Below are positions 28,770 to 37,162 of a stretch of 64,000 nucleotides of DNA, one piece after another. The translations under genes and the position numbers were made by a program. Source of the DNA: Eubacteriales bacterium (GTDB lineage: Bacteria > Bacillota > Clostridia > Christensenellales > Aristaeellaceae); contig JAVBMD010000012.1 of NCBI GenBank assembly GCA_031552825.1, positions 2,317 to 66,316 of the forward strand, given 5' to 3'. Positions within the stretch are counted from its first letter, which is position 1. Each line of letters starts with the position of its first letter. The notes under the pieces are model-generated. The model did not search any database. It saw only the letters and a program-made list of their open reading frames with translations, and had not been told where the DNA came from.

Positions 28770-30392
28770 ATGAAGAAACTGTTGTCTCTGGTGCTGGTTC
28801 TCGCGCTGTGCCTGACGATGCTGACCAGCATCGCGCTGGCCTCCGAGAACGGTGGCGACGAACTCAACATCTCCCTGGCTACCTCTCCGGAAACCATCGA
28901 CCCCACCCGCAACTCAGCGGTGGATGGCGCTTGCTACGCCGTTCATCAGTTTGAGCCGCTCATGCGCTATAAGTGGGATGGTTCCGGCGTCGAGTACGGC
29001 ATGGCCGAGAGCTATGACGTATCCGAGGACGGCATGACCTGGACCTTCCACCTGCGCGATTCCAAGTGGTCCGACGGCGAGCCCGTGAAGGCTGGCGACT
29101 TCGTGTTCGCCTATCGCCGCCTGGTCGACCCGAAGCTGGCCGCGCCTTACGCGATGGACATGGGCGGCTTCATCAAGAACGGCGCCGCCATCGTTGAAGG
29201 CAAGATGGAAAAAACCGAGCTGGGCATCAAGGCCATCGACGACAAGACCGTCGAGATCACCCTCGAAAAGCCCTGTCCCTTCTTCGCGGAAATCGCCGCC
29301 TTCCCGGTGTTCTCCCCGCTGCGCGAGGACGCCATCACCAAGGCCGGCGACGACAACTGGATCAAGAGCCCCGAGACCTACCTGACCAACGGAGCTTTCC
29401 AGATGGAAAGCTTCACGCTGGATGAGAAGATGGTGTCCGTGCCCAACCCGGGCTACTGGGACGCCGCTAGCATCAAGCCCGCCAAGATCAACTGGCTGTT
29501 CCTCAGCGACGACAAGGCAGATCTGGCCGCCCTGCGCGCTGGCGAGGCCGACTACATCGACAGCATGCCGCAGGAAGAAATCAAGGCCCTCAAGGCCGAC
29601 GGCCTCTATGGCGCCATCCCGCAGCTGGGCACCTACTATGTCAGCTTCAACTTTGGCAAGCCGCCGCTGGACAACGTGCTGGTGCGCAAGGCGCTGACGC
29701 TGGCCATCGACACTGACTTCATCGCCAACGTGCTGCGCGAGGGCTCCGTCGCCCCCGCCGAAGCGTTTGTCGGCACCGGCTTCAAGACCTCCGGTGCCTC
29801 CAAGTTGTTCCGCGACGGATACGCGACCTACGTTGCCCCCGCCCAGTATGAGGAGAACAAGAAGCTCGCCCAGGAAGCCCTGGCCGAGGCTGGCTACCCC
29901 AACGGCGAAGGCATCCCGAAGATCGAGTACCTGCTCAACGACAACACCGGCCACATCATGATCGCCGAGGCGATCCAGAAGATGTGGAAGGACGTGCTGA
30001 ACGTCGACATCGAGATCCGCGTGGCGGAGTGGGCCACCGTTACCGCCGACCGCCGCGAAGGCAACTTCAACATCGCGCGCAACGGTTGGATCGGCGACTA
30101 CAACGATCCCGCCACCATGCTCACCCTGTTCCTCTCCACCTCCGGCAACAACGACGGCAAGTACAATAACCCCGCGTACGATGCCAAGATCGCCGAGTCC
30201 TTCGCCGAGAAGGATCCCGACAAGCGTGACGCGTTGCTGCACGAGGCCGAGGACATCCTCATCGGCCAGGATTGGGCTTGCGCGCCGGTGTACTACTACG
30301 CCGACGAGTGGGGCGTAAATCCGAAGCTCAAGGATTGGGGCATCACCCCGCTGGGCTATAAGTTCTTCCAAAAAGCCTATCTCGAGAAGTAA
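28770..30392 (+). CDS. ABC transporter substrate-binding protein, family 5 (OppA/DppA-like)
   Basis: Signal peptide and SBP_bac_5-type sequence (WSDGEPVKAGDFVFAYRR...). Confidence 0.85.
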   Translation: MKKLLSLVLVLALCLTMLTSIALASENGGDELNISLATSPETIDPTRNSAVDGACYAVHQFEPLMRYKWDGSGVEYGMAESYDVSEDGMTWTFHLRDSKWSDGEPVKAGDFVFAYRRLVDPKLAAPYAMDMGGFIKNGAAIVEGKMEKTELGIKAIDDKTVEITLEKPCPFFAEIAAFPVFSPLREDAITKAGDDNWIKSPETYLTNGAFQMESFTLDEKMVSVPNPGYWDAASIKPAKINWLFLSDDKADLAALRAGEADYIDSMPQEEIKALKADGLYGAIPQLGTYYVSFNFGKPPLDNVLVRKALTLAIDTDFIANVLREGSVAPAEAFVGTGFKTSGASKLFRDGYATYVAPAQYEENKKLAQEALAEAGYPNGEGIPKIEYLLNDNTGHIMIAEAIQKMWKDVLNVDIEIRVAEWATVTADRREGNFNIARNGWIGDYNDPATMLTLFLSTSGNNDGKYNNPAYDAKIAESFAEKDPDKRDALLHEAEDILIGQDWACAPVYYYADEWGVNPKLKDWGITPLGYKFFQKAYLEK

Positions 30393-30409
30393 AAAACCGC
30401 TCCTTTTCG

Positions 30410-30447
30410 TCTCCCTCCGGCTCTCGCCGGAGGGAGATTTATTTTTT
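30410..30447 (+). terminator. Rho-independent terminator of the peptide ABC operon
   Basis: TCTCCCTCCGGC / TCTC / GCCGGAGGGAGA followed by TTTATTTTTT. Confidence 0.75.
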
Positions 30448-30628
30448 GTCGAAATTTGTTGACGTTTTACAACTTTCTTGCTAAACTTTGGACAGTCAAA
30501 TGTATATACAGGTTATATACAGGTGTTCGGAATATCGAAGCGGCTATTGCGAAAGGAGGATAGCGGCAGGGGTCGGCTCATCGTAATGGACTCATTCCTC
30601 AACTTACAAACAAACGCGGAGGGATATC

Positions 30629-32542
30629 ATGAAAACACATGCGAAGAAATGGCTCTGTATTGCTCTGGCATTGGTATTGGTCGGATCCGTCGTAGCCTCC
30701 ATCGCGCACACCAGCGGTGGCGCGGTCAAGGTGCAGTCGATCAACTTCGTGACCGAAGACGGAATCATGCTGCACGCGCTGCTGTACACGCCGAAAACCG
30801 CCACAAACGAGCAGCCCGCTCCGGCGGTGGTGGCCAGCCACGGCTATAACAACACCGCCGAAGTGCAGGATATGAACGCCATTGAGCTATCCAAGCGCGG
30901 CTACGTGGTGATGGCCATCGATGCCTACTCTCACGGCGACTCGGGGCTGAACACCGTGAACGTGAACCACAACGGCGTGGTGCCCGACATGGGCGGATAT
31001 GCCGCGCTGCAATACGTTGCCTCCTTGCCGTTCGTTGACAAAGCCAATATCGGCATGGTCGGCCATTCGATGGGCTGCGCGGTGATCCAATACGCTGCGA
31101 TGCGCGCCTTTCCGGCTAACGCCGCCGATCCCTCCATCGCGGTACCCAAGGCGCTGCTGCTGACCTCCAACGCCTTCGTTCTCGATAAGGACGGCGTGCT
31201 GGCCTACGGCAATTATCCCGTCAGCGTCGCGGATCTCTACGGCCAGTATGACGAATGGGCCGAGAACATGTGGGGCGTTAAAAAGGGCAGCGACATCAAC
31301 ATCGCGCCCAAAGCAGTGGCCGGCATGGGCTTCTCGGGCGCCAAGTATGGCTCCTATTACAACTTCGGTTCCGATGTGGAACTGACGCGCGAGCAGGCCG
31401 TCGAGGCCGCTGCCAAGGGAACGTTGCGCGTGCTCTATCAACCCAAGATCGATCACCCGCGCGTACACTTCTCGCCCACGGCGGAGCGCTATGTGCTCGA
31501 CTACTTCGACATCACGCTCAAGGCCGGCAAGGAGACCGTCTCCCCCGCCAGCCAAACTTGGCTTTGGAAGGAGATCGGCACCGGCGTCGCCATGGCAGGC
31601 TTCTTTATCTTCCTGGCCGCGTTCGGCCTGCTACTGCTGAAGGTTCCCTTCTTCGCCTCCATCGTGAAGCCGGAACCGATCGCTCCCACCATCGTGGACA
31701 GCAAGAAGAGCCGCCTGACCTACTGGCTGATTTACGCGGCCTGCCTGCTGCCCGCGCCGCTGCTGTTCTATTGGTTTGTCGGTTACTGCATCGATATTCC
31801 CAACATGGGGCGCACCGTGCCCATCGTGTTGCCTGCCAACAATTACTTCGTGCTCCCGGCGGCAAACGGCATCGTGCTGCTGAACGTGGTGGTCGGCCTG
31901 ATCCTGCTGGCGGCCTTCCTGCTCACCTACCGCTTCCTGATGAAGAAGAATGGCGCCACGGTGAACAACCTCGGCGTCAAGACCGATGCAAAGTCCTTCT
32001 TCAAGGCGCTGCTGCTGGCCGCCATCACCTTCCTCGCCGGGTACGCGCTGCTGGTGCTCGCCAACTTCTTCTTTATGGTGGACTTCCGCTTCTGGGTATT
32101 CAGCTTCCGTCCGCTCAACGCGATGAAGTTCGGCATCCTGCTCAAGTACCTGCCTTTCTTCGCGATCTTCTTCATCGTCACCGCGCTGACGCTCAACTCC
32201 TTCACCCGCATCCGCGGCGAAAAGGAATGGAAGAACGTGCTGTTGATGATTCTGGCGTCCATCGGCGGCCTCGCGGTGCTCACGCTGCTGGATTACGGCG
32301 CGCTGAAGCTGACCGGCATCAAGCTGTTCGAGTATGTCCCCTATCCCTCCGATCCCAAGATGACCAGCGCCTTGGCCGGTTTGTTCGTGTGGAACATGCT
32401 GTTCATCCTGCCGGTCACCACGGTCATCACGCGCATCTTCTTCAAGAAAACCGGTTCGATCTGGACCGGCGCGTTCATCAACTCGTTCTTGGTGACGCTG
32501 TTCGCGATCTCCAATACCGTCATCACCAAGGGCATGTTCTAA
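30629..32542 (+). CDS. Alpha/beta-hydrolase domain fused to a polytopic membrane domain
   Basis: Signal/TM segment, then a hydrolase domain with the nucleophile elbow GHSMG (VGHSMGCAV), then roughly 8-9 TM helices over the C-terminal 300 aa. Confidence 0.5.
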   Translation: MKTHAKKWLCIALALVLVGSVVASIAHTSGGAVKVQSINFVTEDGIMLHALLYTPKTATNEQPAPAVVASHGYNNTAEVQDMNAIELSKRGYVVMAIDAYSHGDSGLNTVNVNHNGVVPDMGGYAALQYVASLPFVDKANIGMVGHSMGCAVIQYAAMRAFPANAADPSIAVPKALLLTSNAFVLDKDGVLAYGNYPVSVADLYGQYDEWAENMWGVKKGSDINIAPKAVAGMGFSGAKYGSYYNFGSDVELTREQAVEAAAKGTLRVLYQPKIDHPRVHFSPTAERYVLDYFDITLKAGKETVSPASQTWLWKEIGTGVAMAGFFIFLAAFGLLLLKVPFFASIVKPEPIAPTIVDSKKSRLTYWLIYAACLLPAPLLFYWFVGYCIDIPNMGRTVPIVLPANNYFVLPAANGIVLLNVVVGLILLAAFLLTYRFLMKKNGATVNNLGVKTDAKSFFKALLLAAITFLAGYALLVLANFFFMVDFRFWVFSFRPLNAMKFGILLKYLPFFAIFFIVTALTLNSFTRIRGEKEWKNVLLMILASIGGLAVLTLLDYGALKLTGIKLFEYVPYPSDPKMTSALAGLFVWNMLFILPVTTVITRIFFKKTGSIWTGAFINSFLVTLFAISNTVITKGMF

Positions 32543-32572
32543 GCCCCATCGCATACCTCAACAAATCGACTC

Positions 32573-32607
32573 GGAGCCGCCGGTTTATTCCGGCGGCTCC
32601 TTTTTTT
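32573..32607 (+). terminator. Rho-independent terminator
   Basis: GGAGCCGCCGG / TTTATT / CCGGCGGCTCC followed by TTTTTTT. Confidence 0.75.
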
Positions 32608-32670
32608 ATGCAATTCCTTACATATTTGGAAACAAACCCACGCTTGATTCGTTAGACTTCAAAAGGAGGG

Positions 32671-34011
32671 TTGTCTATGCATTCCATCACGCGCAGGCTT
32701 TTCTCCGCCGCGCTGGCGGTACATCTTCTGCTCGCAAGCGCGGCCAGCGCCGAGATTTCGCTCCCGGATACATCGCTGCAACAGGCTGCCATCGATGCGC
32801 TAAGCAAGGCCGATGCCCGCGAGCAGGGCATGCGCATTGCGGTGGTAGCGGTCGACATGCACGGGCGCGTGCTGGTTATGGCCGACAACGCAGGCGGCGA
32901 CATGCCCATGGCGCTGACCGCCCGCGCCACACCGGGGCGCACGCTGACGCCGCTGACCGGGCTGGCGGCGCTTGCGCAGGGCAGCGTCACGCCCGAGGAG
33001 CGCATCAGCGACCTTGGCGCCTTTGATCGCTATGACAAGACCGATCCGCCCCGTTGCTGGACCGACCGGCCGGAACTTCACGCCAACCTAGACTTCGTTG
33101 ACGCGCTGCGCTACGGCTGCGATTATTACTTCTTTGAGATTGCCTCGCGCACCGGCGCGGAGCCTTGGGCAATGATGGCGCAGGCGCTAGGGCTGGATCG
33201 ACCCAGCGGTCTAAACCTTCCCGGCGAGGCAGTCGGCGTACTGGCCACGCCAAAGAACCTATACGACCCTGCGCTGCCGGTGGCGGCGCAGCCTACCGTA
33301 TACCCGGCACAGGTTCAGGCCTCCATCGCGCAGCACCTGCGGTTGCAAGCGAAGGGCGGCGGCCTCTCGCCAAGCGACGAGGCGATTAACGCCTGCACCG
33401 AAGCGCTGATGCATATGTCCCTCGATTACTCGCAAGAGCATTGGGTGAAAGCCATCCGCGGCATCCTTGAGCGCGACTTAGCCTTCCCTGAATCGATCCG
33501 CTATACGCAGGCCTGCATCGGCCCGATCTACCTGTGGCTCAACGACATCAAGTGGGGCGGCACGCAAACCGTCGAGGCAGCGGTGGGCAACTCCTTCACG
33601 CAGGTAACACCGGTCGCCATGGCGCGTTACTACGCGGCGCTGGCCAACGGCGGCACGGTATACGATCTTTCGCTGGCGCAAGACGCCGCCAATCCGCCCG
33701 TCGTCGCGCTGGATCTCACCGATGTGATCGGCCCGTATCTGCCGCACGTGCGTGACGGGCTGCGCGGCATAACCGACGCCACCGGCCATGCAGGCAAAAC
33801 CTTTATGGATTTTACATACCGCGCACAAATCGGCTGCATGCTCGTGCAGAGCCAATCACCGGAGACGGGCATGGGCGGCGCCACTTGGGCGGTGGGTTTC
33901 GTACCCAACGAAAATCCTGAAATCGCCGTAGTGGTCCTGTCGCTCAACGCGCCGGATGTGACGTATGTCGGCAGCGTATTCCGCGATGTGGCAGAGGCGT
34001 GCTTTCGGTAG
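32671..34011 (+). CDS. Secreted penicillin-binding-protein transpeptidase-fold homologue with degenerate catalytic motifs
   Basis: Signal peptide. Collinear with PBP2-type transpeptidase domains, but PGSTFKP is PGRTLTP, SCN is GCD, and the KTG position reads CML. See the finding for this region. Confidence 0.5.
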   Translation: MSMHSITRRLFSAALAVHLLLASAASAEISLPDTSLQQAAIDALSKADAREQGMRIAVVAVDMHGRVLVMADNAGGDMPMALTARATPGRTLTPLTGLAALAQGSVTPEERISDLGAFDRYDKTDPPRCWTDRPELHANLDFVDALRYGCDYYFFEIASRTGAEPWAMMAQALGLDRPSGLNLPGEAVGVLATPKNLYDPALPVAAQPTVYPAQVQASIAQHLRLQAKGGGLSPSDEAINACTEALMHMSLDYSQEHWVKAIRGILERDLAFPESIRYTQACIGPIYLWLNDIKWGGTQTVEAAVGNSFTQVTPVAMARYYAALANGGTVYDLSLAQDAANPPVVALDLTDVIGPYLPHVRDGLRGITDATGHAGKTFMDFTYRAQIGCMLVQSQSPETGMGGATWAVGFVPNENPEIAVVVLSLNAPDVTYVGSVFRDVAEACFR

Positions 34012-34093
34012 ACCGTCGTACCGATTGATTTTACATTTTGTTCCATTTTGTGCATACTGTCTTCATCCGGAAATTTTTCTAAGGAGAATCGAC

Positions 34094-35188
34094 ATGAAAA
34101 TACGGATGGGCGCGCTGCTGCTGCTCCTGTTGCTGCCGCTGGCCTGTGCCGCGCAGGCGAATGCATGGGATTTCGTACATACCGCCATACGGATTTCCAC
34201 GCCGGCGCAGATCGAGGAGCTGCTTGAGACAAGCGGCTGCGACTTCGGCAAAATGCAGGAAGAACCCAGCGCTTACTACTTCGAGAAACCAACGGTTTGG
34301 GGCCTGTCGGCGAAAGCCCTCGTGCTCCTTGAGATGCCGTACCCTGAGTTGACTGGCTTTTATTGCAACGTGATATTCGACGCGCCCGCAGGCAGCAACT
34401 TGGGAAACCCCGGTGAAGCTTACGCTGCCTTGTCAGACATGTTTCGCAAAAAATACGGTAAACCTTCCGATGTCACCCAAACCGTCGAGGAAAGAACATC
34501 CCTCTGGCATTTTCAAGATGCGCTTGTCACCCTAACCTGGTGGATAAACCCCGATACAGGACTGCCAGAAACCCGATGCGCATTCGCGGGTACACGGGGC
34601 GATCCCGACAGTCCCCGCGCGCAAACGCGCTCCTTTCCCTTCGAGCCGCTGGCCTTGTTGACACCCCCCGAAGCAGCAACCGCCTTCTCGGTGCTGAAAG
34701 TCTCGCCGGGTATGACGCAAGCACAGGTAATCGCCGCCATGGGGCACGAGCCCGATTCGATCAAGTTGAACGCGCTGGTGTATGCCAACCAGCGCGTTGC
34801 GCTTCATTACGCCCACATCGCTTATCGCTTTTTAATGGACGCCGATACCCTTGACAGCGTGCTGATTCAGTTCATCGTCGACGAAGAAGCGCCTGATGAA
34901 TGCATCGAGGATTATGCAATGCTCAAAGCCGTGCTCACCGGTTACCACGGCTCGCCGCTGCAGGACAACACAACCTGGGACAACGAGCGATACAAAAACA
35001 ACCCCGCAGAGCATAGCAAGGCGCTGCGCGCGGGGGATGTTTCCTATGACGCGCTCTGGCAGGTTGGCGAGACACGGATCATGCTCAATCTCTTTCTGGA
35101 AAACGACCAAATCACCCACTCGCTGCTATATTTCTTTAACCCCGATACGGCGCCCGCGCCGCTACTCCCCCTCCGGCAGACAAACTAG
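34094..35188 (+). CDS. Hypothetical secreted protein
   Basis: Start ATG 34094 (AAGGAG upstream) and signal peptide MKIRMGALLLLLLLPLACAAQANA. No family recognised. Confidence 0.5.
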   Translation: MKIRMGALLLLLLLPLACAAQANAWDFVHTAIRISTPAQIEELLETSGCDFGKMQEEPSAYYFEKPTVWGLSAKALVLLEMPYPELTGFYCNVIFDAPAGSNLGNPGEAYAALSDMFRKKYGKPSDVTQTVEERTSLWHFQDALVTLTWWINPDTGLPETRCAFAGTRGDPDSPRAQTRSFPFEPLALLTPPEAATAFSVLKVSPGMTQAQVIAAMGHEPDSIKLNALVYANQRVALHYAHIAYRFLMDADTLDSVLIQFIVDEEAPDECIEDYAMLKAVLTGYHGSPLQDNTTWDNERYKNNPAEHSKALRAGDVSYDALWQVGETRIMLNLFLENDQITHSLLYFFNPDTAPAPLLPLRQTN

Positions 35189-35404
35189 CACCACGTCGTC
35201 GCCAATCTTCTGGATCAGCGACCACGGGATGACGATACCGGTGCGCTCACCCTTGAGCAGGTTGCCCACGCTGAACGAACCGGGCACGACGATGGCATCC
35301 ACGCAGCCATCCTGCGCGCAAAACTCTAGGTCGATCACCTTGCCCAGCGAACGGCCATCGGGCACGTTGATGACTTCCTTGGTCTTGAGTTCCGAAAGGC
35401 TCAT
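35162..35404 (-). CDS. ylmC: YlmC/YmxH family sporulation protein (PRC-barrel)
   Basis: MSLSELKTKEVINVPDGRSLGKVIDLEF...IVIPWSLIQKIGDDVVLV is typical of the family. Confidence 0.8.
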   Translation of the reverse strand: MSLSELKTKEVINVPDGRSLGKVIDLEFCAQDGCVDAIVVPGSFSVGNLLKGERTGIVIPWSLIQKIGDDVVLVCLPEGE

Positions 35405-35474
35405 GGCGCTCCCTCCCCTTTCGACATACTATGCAGGCAGGGGGCGAGGGTTTCCGCTGTATCGGGAATCCAGC

Positions 35475-35774
35475 TTAATACAACACGCTCCTGTAATCGC
35501 GGGCAGCGGGCAATACACGGATGATCGAAACAAACTCCGCATCGACTTTATAAAAGATCAGAAAACTTTCCACCGTCAAAAAGCGCATCGTATCGCGCTG
35601 CCAACGCTTTTCGCGCTGCAATGGACCGCTCTCCGGAAAGTCTCGCAGCTGCTCTGCTCGCTCAATGATGCCCAGCACCACACGCACAGCGGCTTCGGGA
35701 TCGTCGTCCTCGATATAACGCTTGATCGCATCCAAATCCTCATGCGCCTTGGGCGTCCAATGCAGCCGGGGCAT
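35475..35774 (-). CDS. Type II toxin, ParE/RelE superfamily
   Basis: 99 aa. W.P.A..DL..I..YI pattern (HWTPKAHEDLDAIKRYI). Begins 3 nt downstream of the antitoxin gene. Confidence 0.7.
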   Translation of the reverse strand: MPRLHWTPKAHEDLDAIKRYIEDDDPEAAVRVVLGIIERAEQLRDFPESGPLQREKRWQRDTMRFLTVESFLIFYKVDAEFVSIIRVLPAARDYRSVLY

Positions 35775-35777
35775 CGC

Positions 35778-36026
35778 TCACACCCCCAGCTTCGCGCGCA
35801 GCTCTTCGGTCGACAGCCAATCCGCTTCCTTCCGAACCGAAGCCTCGCCCTCGGCCAGCTTGGCGAACAGCTCGAGCTTGGCCTGCTGCTTTTCGTATGT
35901 CTCCATATCCAGCAGAACATACTTGCCGTGGCCATTCCGCGTCAAATAGACCGGACGACCATCGACGCAATCCCGAAGCACCTCACCGTAGTTGCGCAGA
36001 TCCGTAACCGGCTTAATGATTGCCAT
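35778..36026 (-). CDS. Type II antitoxin, Phd/YefM family
   Basis: MAIIKPVTDLRNYGEVLRDCVDGRPVYLTRNGHGKYVLLDMETYE is a Phd/YefM-type N-terminus. Start ATG 36026 with GAGGTGA upstream. Confidence 0.7.
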   Translation of the reverse strand: MAIIKPVTDLRNYGEVLRDCVDGRPVYLTRNGHGKYVLLDMETYEKQQAKLELFAKLAEGEASVRKEADWLSTEELRAKLGV

Positions 36027-36055
36027 GTCGCTCACCTCACCAACATTGTAGCATA

Positions 36056-36069
36056 ATTCGTCGACGAAT
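36056..36069. promoter_or_regulatory. Perfect 14-bp palindrome, candidate toxin-antitoxin autorepression operator
   Basis: ATTCGTCGACGAAT is its own reverse complement and lies 30-43 nt upstream of the antitoxin ATG. Confidence 0.4.
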
Positions 36070-36100
36070 CCAACAGCATCACGGGCTTAAAAGTTTAAAA

Positions 36101-36137
36101 GGGCTGTCGTGCTGGCATTGTTCCAGCACGACAGCCC
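36101..36137 (-). terminator. 15-bp-stem hairpin after the hypothetical gene (copy 1 of a near-identical hairpin pair)
   Basis: GGGCTGTCGTGCTGG / CATTGTT / CCAGCACGACAGCCC. Confidence 0.6.
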
Positions 36138-36160
36138 CATCTTTTGCATCGACCCTTTTG

Positions 36161-36763
36161 TCAGGGCAACCGGAACGAGCGCAACATGGTATATTTTGCC
36201 ACCGAATCATCCTGCACTTCAGCAAATAGCGTGCAGTTCATGATCTCCCCATTCTCCAGCTTTCTATCATAACGCTTCCGGTACATTTGGTCGTCATCCA
36301 ACGCTATGCCTTCCACCTGGTTCTGCAGTTCCTCAATGCTCATACCCACTTCGACGCCAAACGGCCCAATGATTCCCGGCACATTAACGGCAAGTGTGCC
36401 CGCCGGGAAGTCCATCGCGGCCAGCTGATCTGCCGACAGTTCCGCCAGCGTTTCGCGCGTAGCGAGCACCTCGGGATCATTCAAGACAGCGATGATATCG
36501 AAATTCTCGAAACGAAACCACAAGGTTATAAAAGGCGATTTATCCTCCGCCTCCACGCCGGAGATACGAACCTCCCGGTTTGTCAGACCATGCTCCTTCC
36601 AAAGCGCGTAGAGTTCTGACGAGGTATAGGAAAAGAAATCTTTGCCGTCGAGCAACATACCGTAATCGGCGGTTGTGGCCAGCATCGGATTCTCGGCCGA
36701 TACTGAACCGGATAGGGTGGTCAACAACAGCACGCAAAGTAAGATGGACAAAAATGTACGCAA
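36161..36763 (-). CDS. Hypothetical secreted protein
   Basis: TTG start with AAGGAGG 8 nt upstream. Signal peptide MRTFLSILLCVLLLTTLSGSVSA. GC is lower than the surroundings. Confidence 0.45.
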   Translation of the reverse strand: MRTFLSILLCVLLLTTLSGSVSAENPMLATTADYGMLLDGKDFFSYTSSELYALWKEHGLTNREVRISGVEAEDKSPFITLWFRFENFDIIAVLNDPEVLATRETLAELSADQLAAMDFPAGTLAVNVPGIIGPFGVEVGMSIEELQNQVEGIALDDDQMYRKRYDRKLENGEIMNCTLFAEVQDDSVAKYTMLRSFRLP

Positions 36764-37096
36764 TTTGGCCGCCTCCTTTGTTTCGATGGATATTTATAAA
36801 ACGGATGGATATCAGAAAACCATGCAAATTCAACCATTATTTTGTGTATATCTTACAGATTATTTCTTTTCAAGCGCACCGCAATACAAGATCGATCCTT
36901 GAAACCAGTTAAAGGGGCTGTCGCGTTAGCGACGCCCCGGAACCCGAAAAAAACGAGCCTTGTCATATCGCCTTGGCTCGCTTTTTGTTGTAAGATTAGT
37001 TTGTGTACAATATGAGAGCTGACCGTTTGGTTTGTTTGCTCTACGCGTTTTCTCCGCTTTCTCTGCATTGTCCCTTGTTGCCTCGCGTCAAATTTG

Positions 37097-37144
37097 AAAA
37101 GGGGCTGTCGTGCTGGCATTTTTCCAGCACGACAGCCCCTTTTT
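37097..37144 (-). terminator. Rho-independent terminator of sigG (copy 2 of the hairpin pair)
   Basis: GGGGCTGTCGTGCTGG / CATTTTT / CCAGCACGACAGCCCC, flanked by A and T runs on both sides. Confidence 0.75.
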
Positions 37145-37162
37145 GTATGCCGCCGAAGCGGT

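Noticed and set aside
35405-37162. Possible prophage or integrative-element remnant, because of lower GC, a toxin-antitoxin pair and repeated hairpins.
   Set aside because: No integrase, recombinase, tRNA attachment site or phage structural genes appear in or near the block. It is reported only as an accessory islet.
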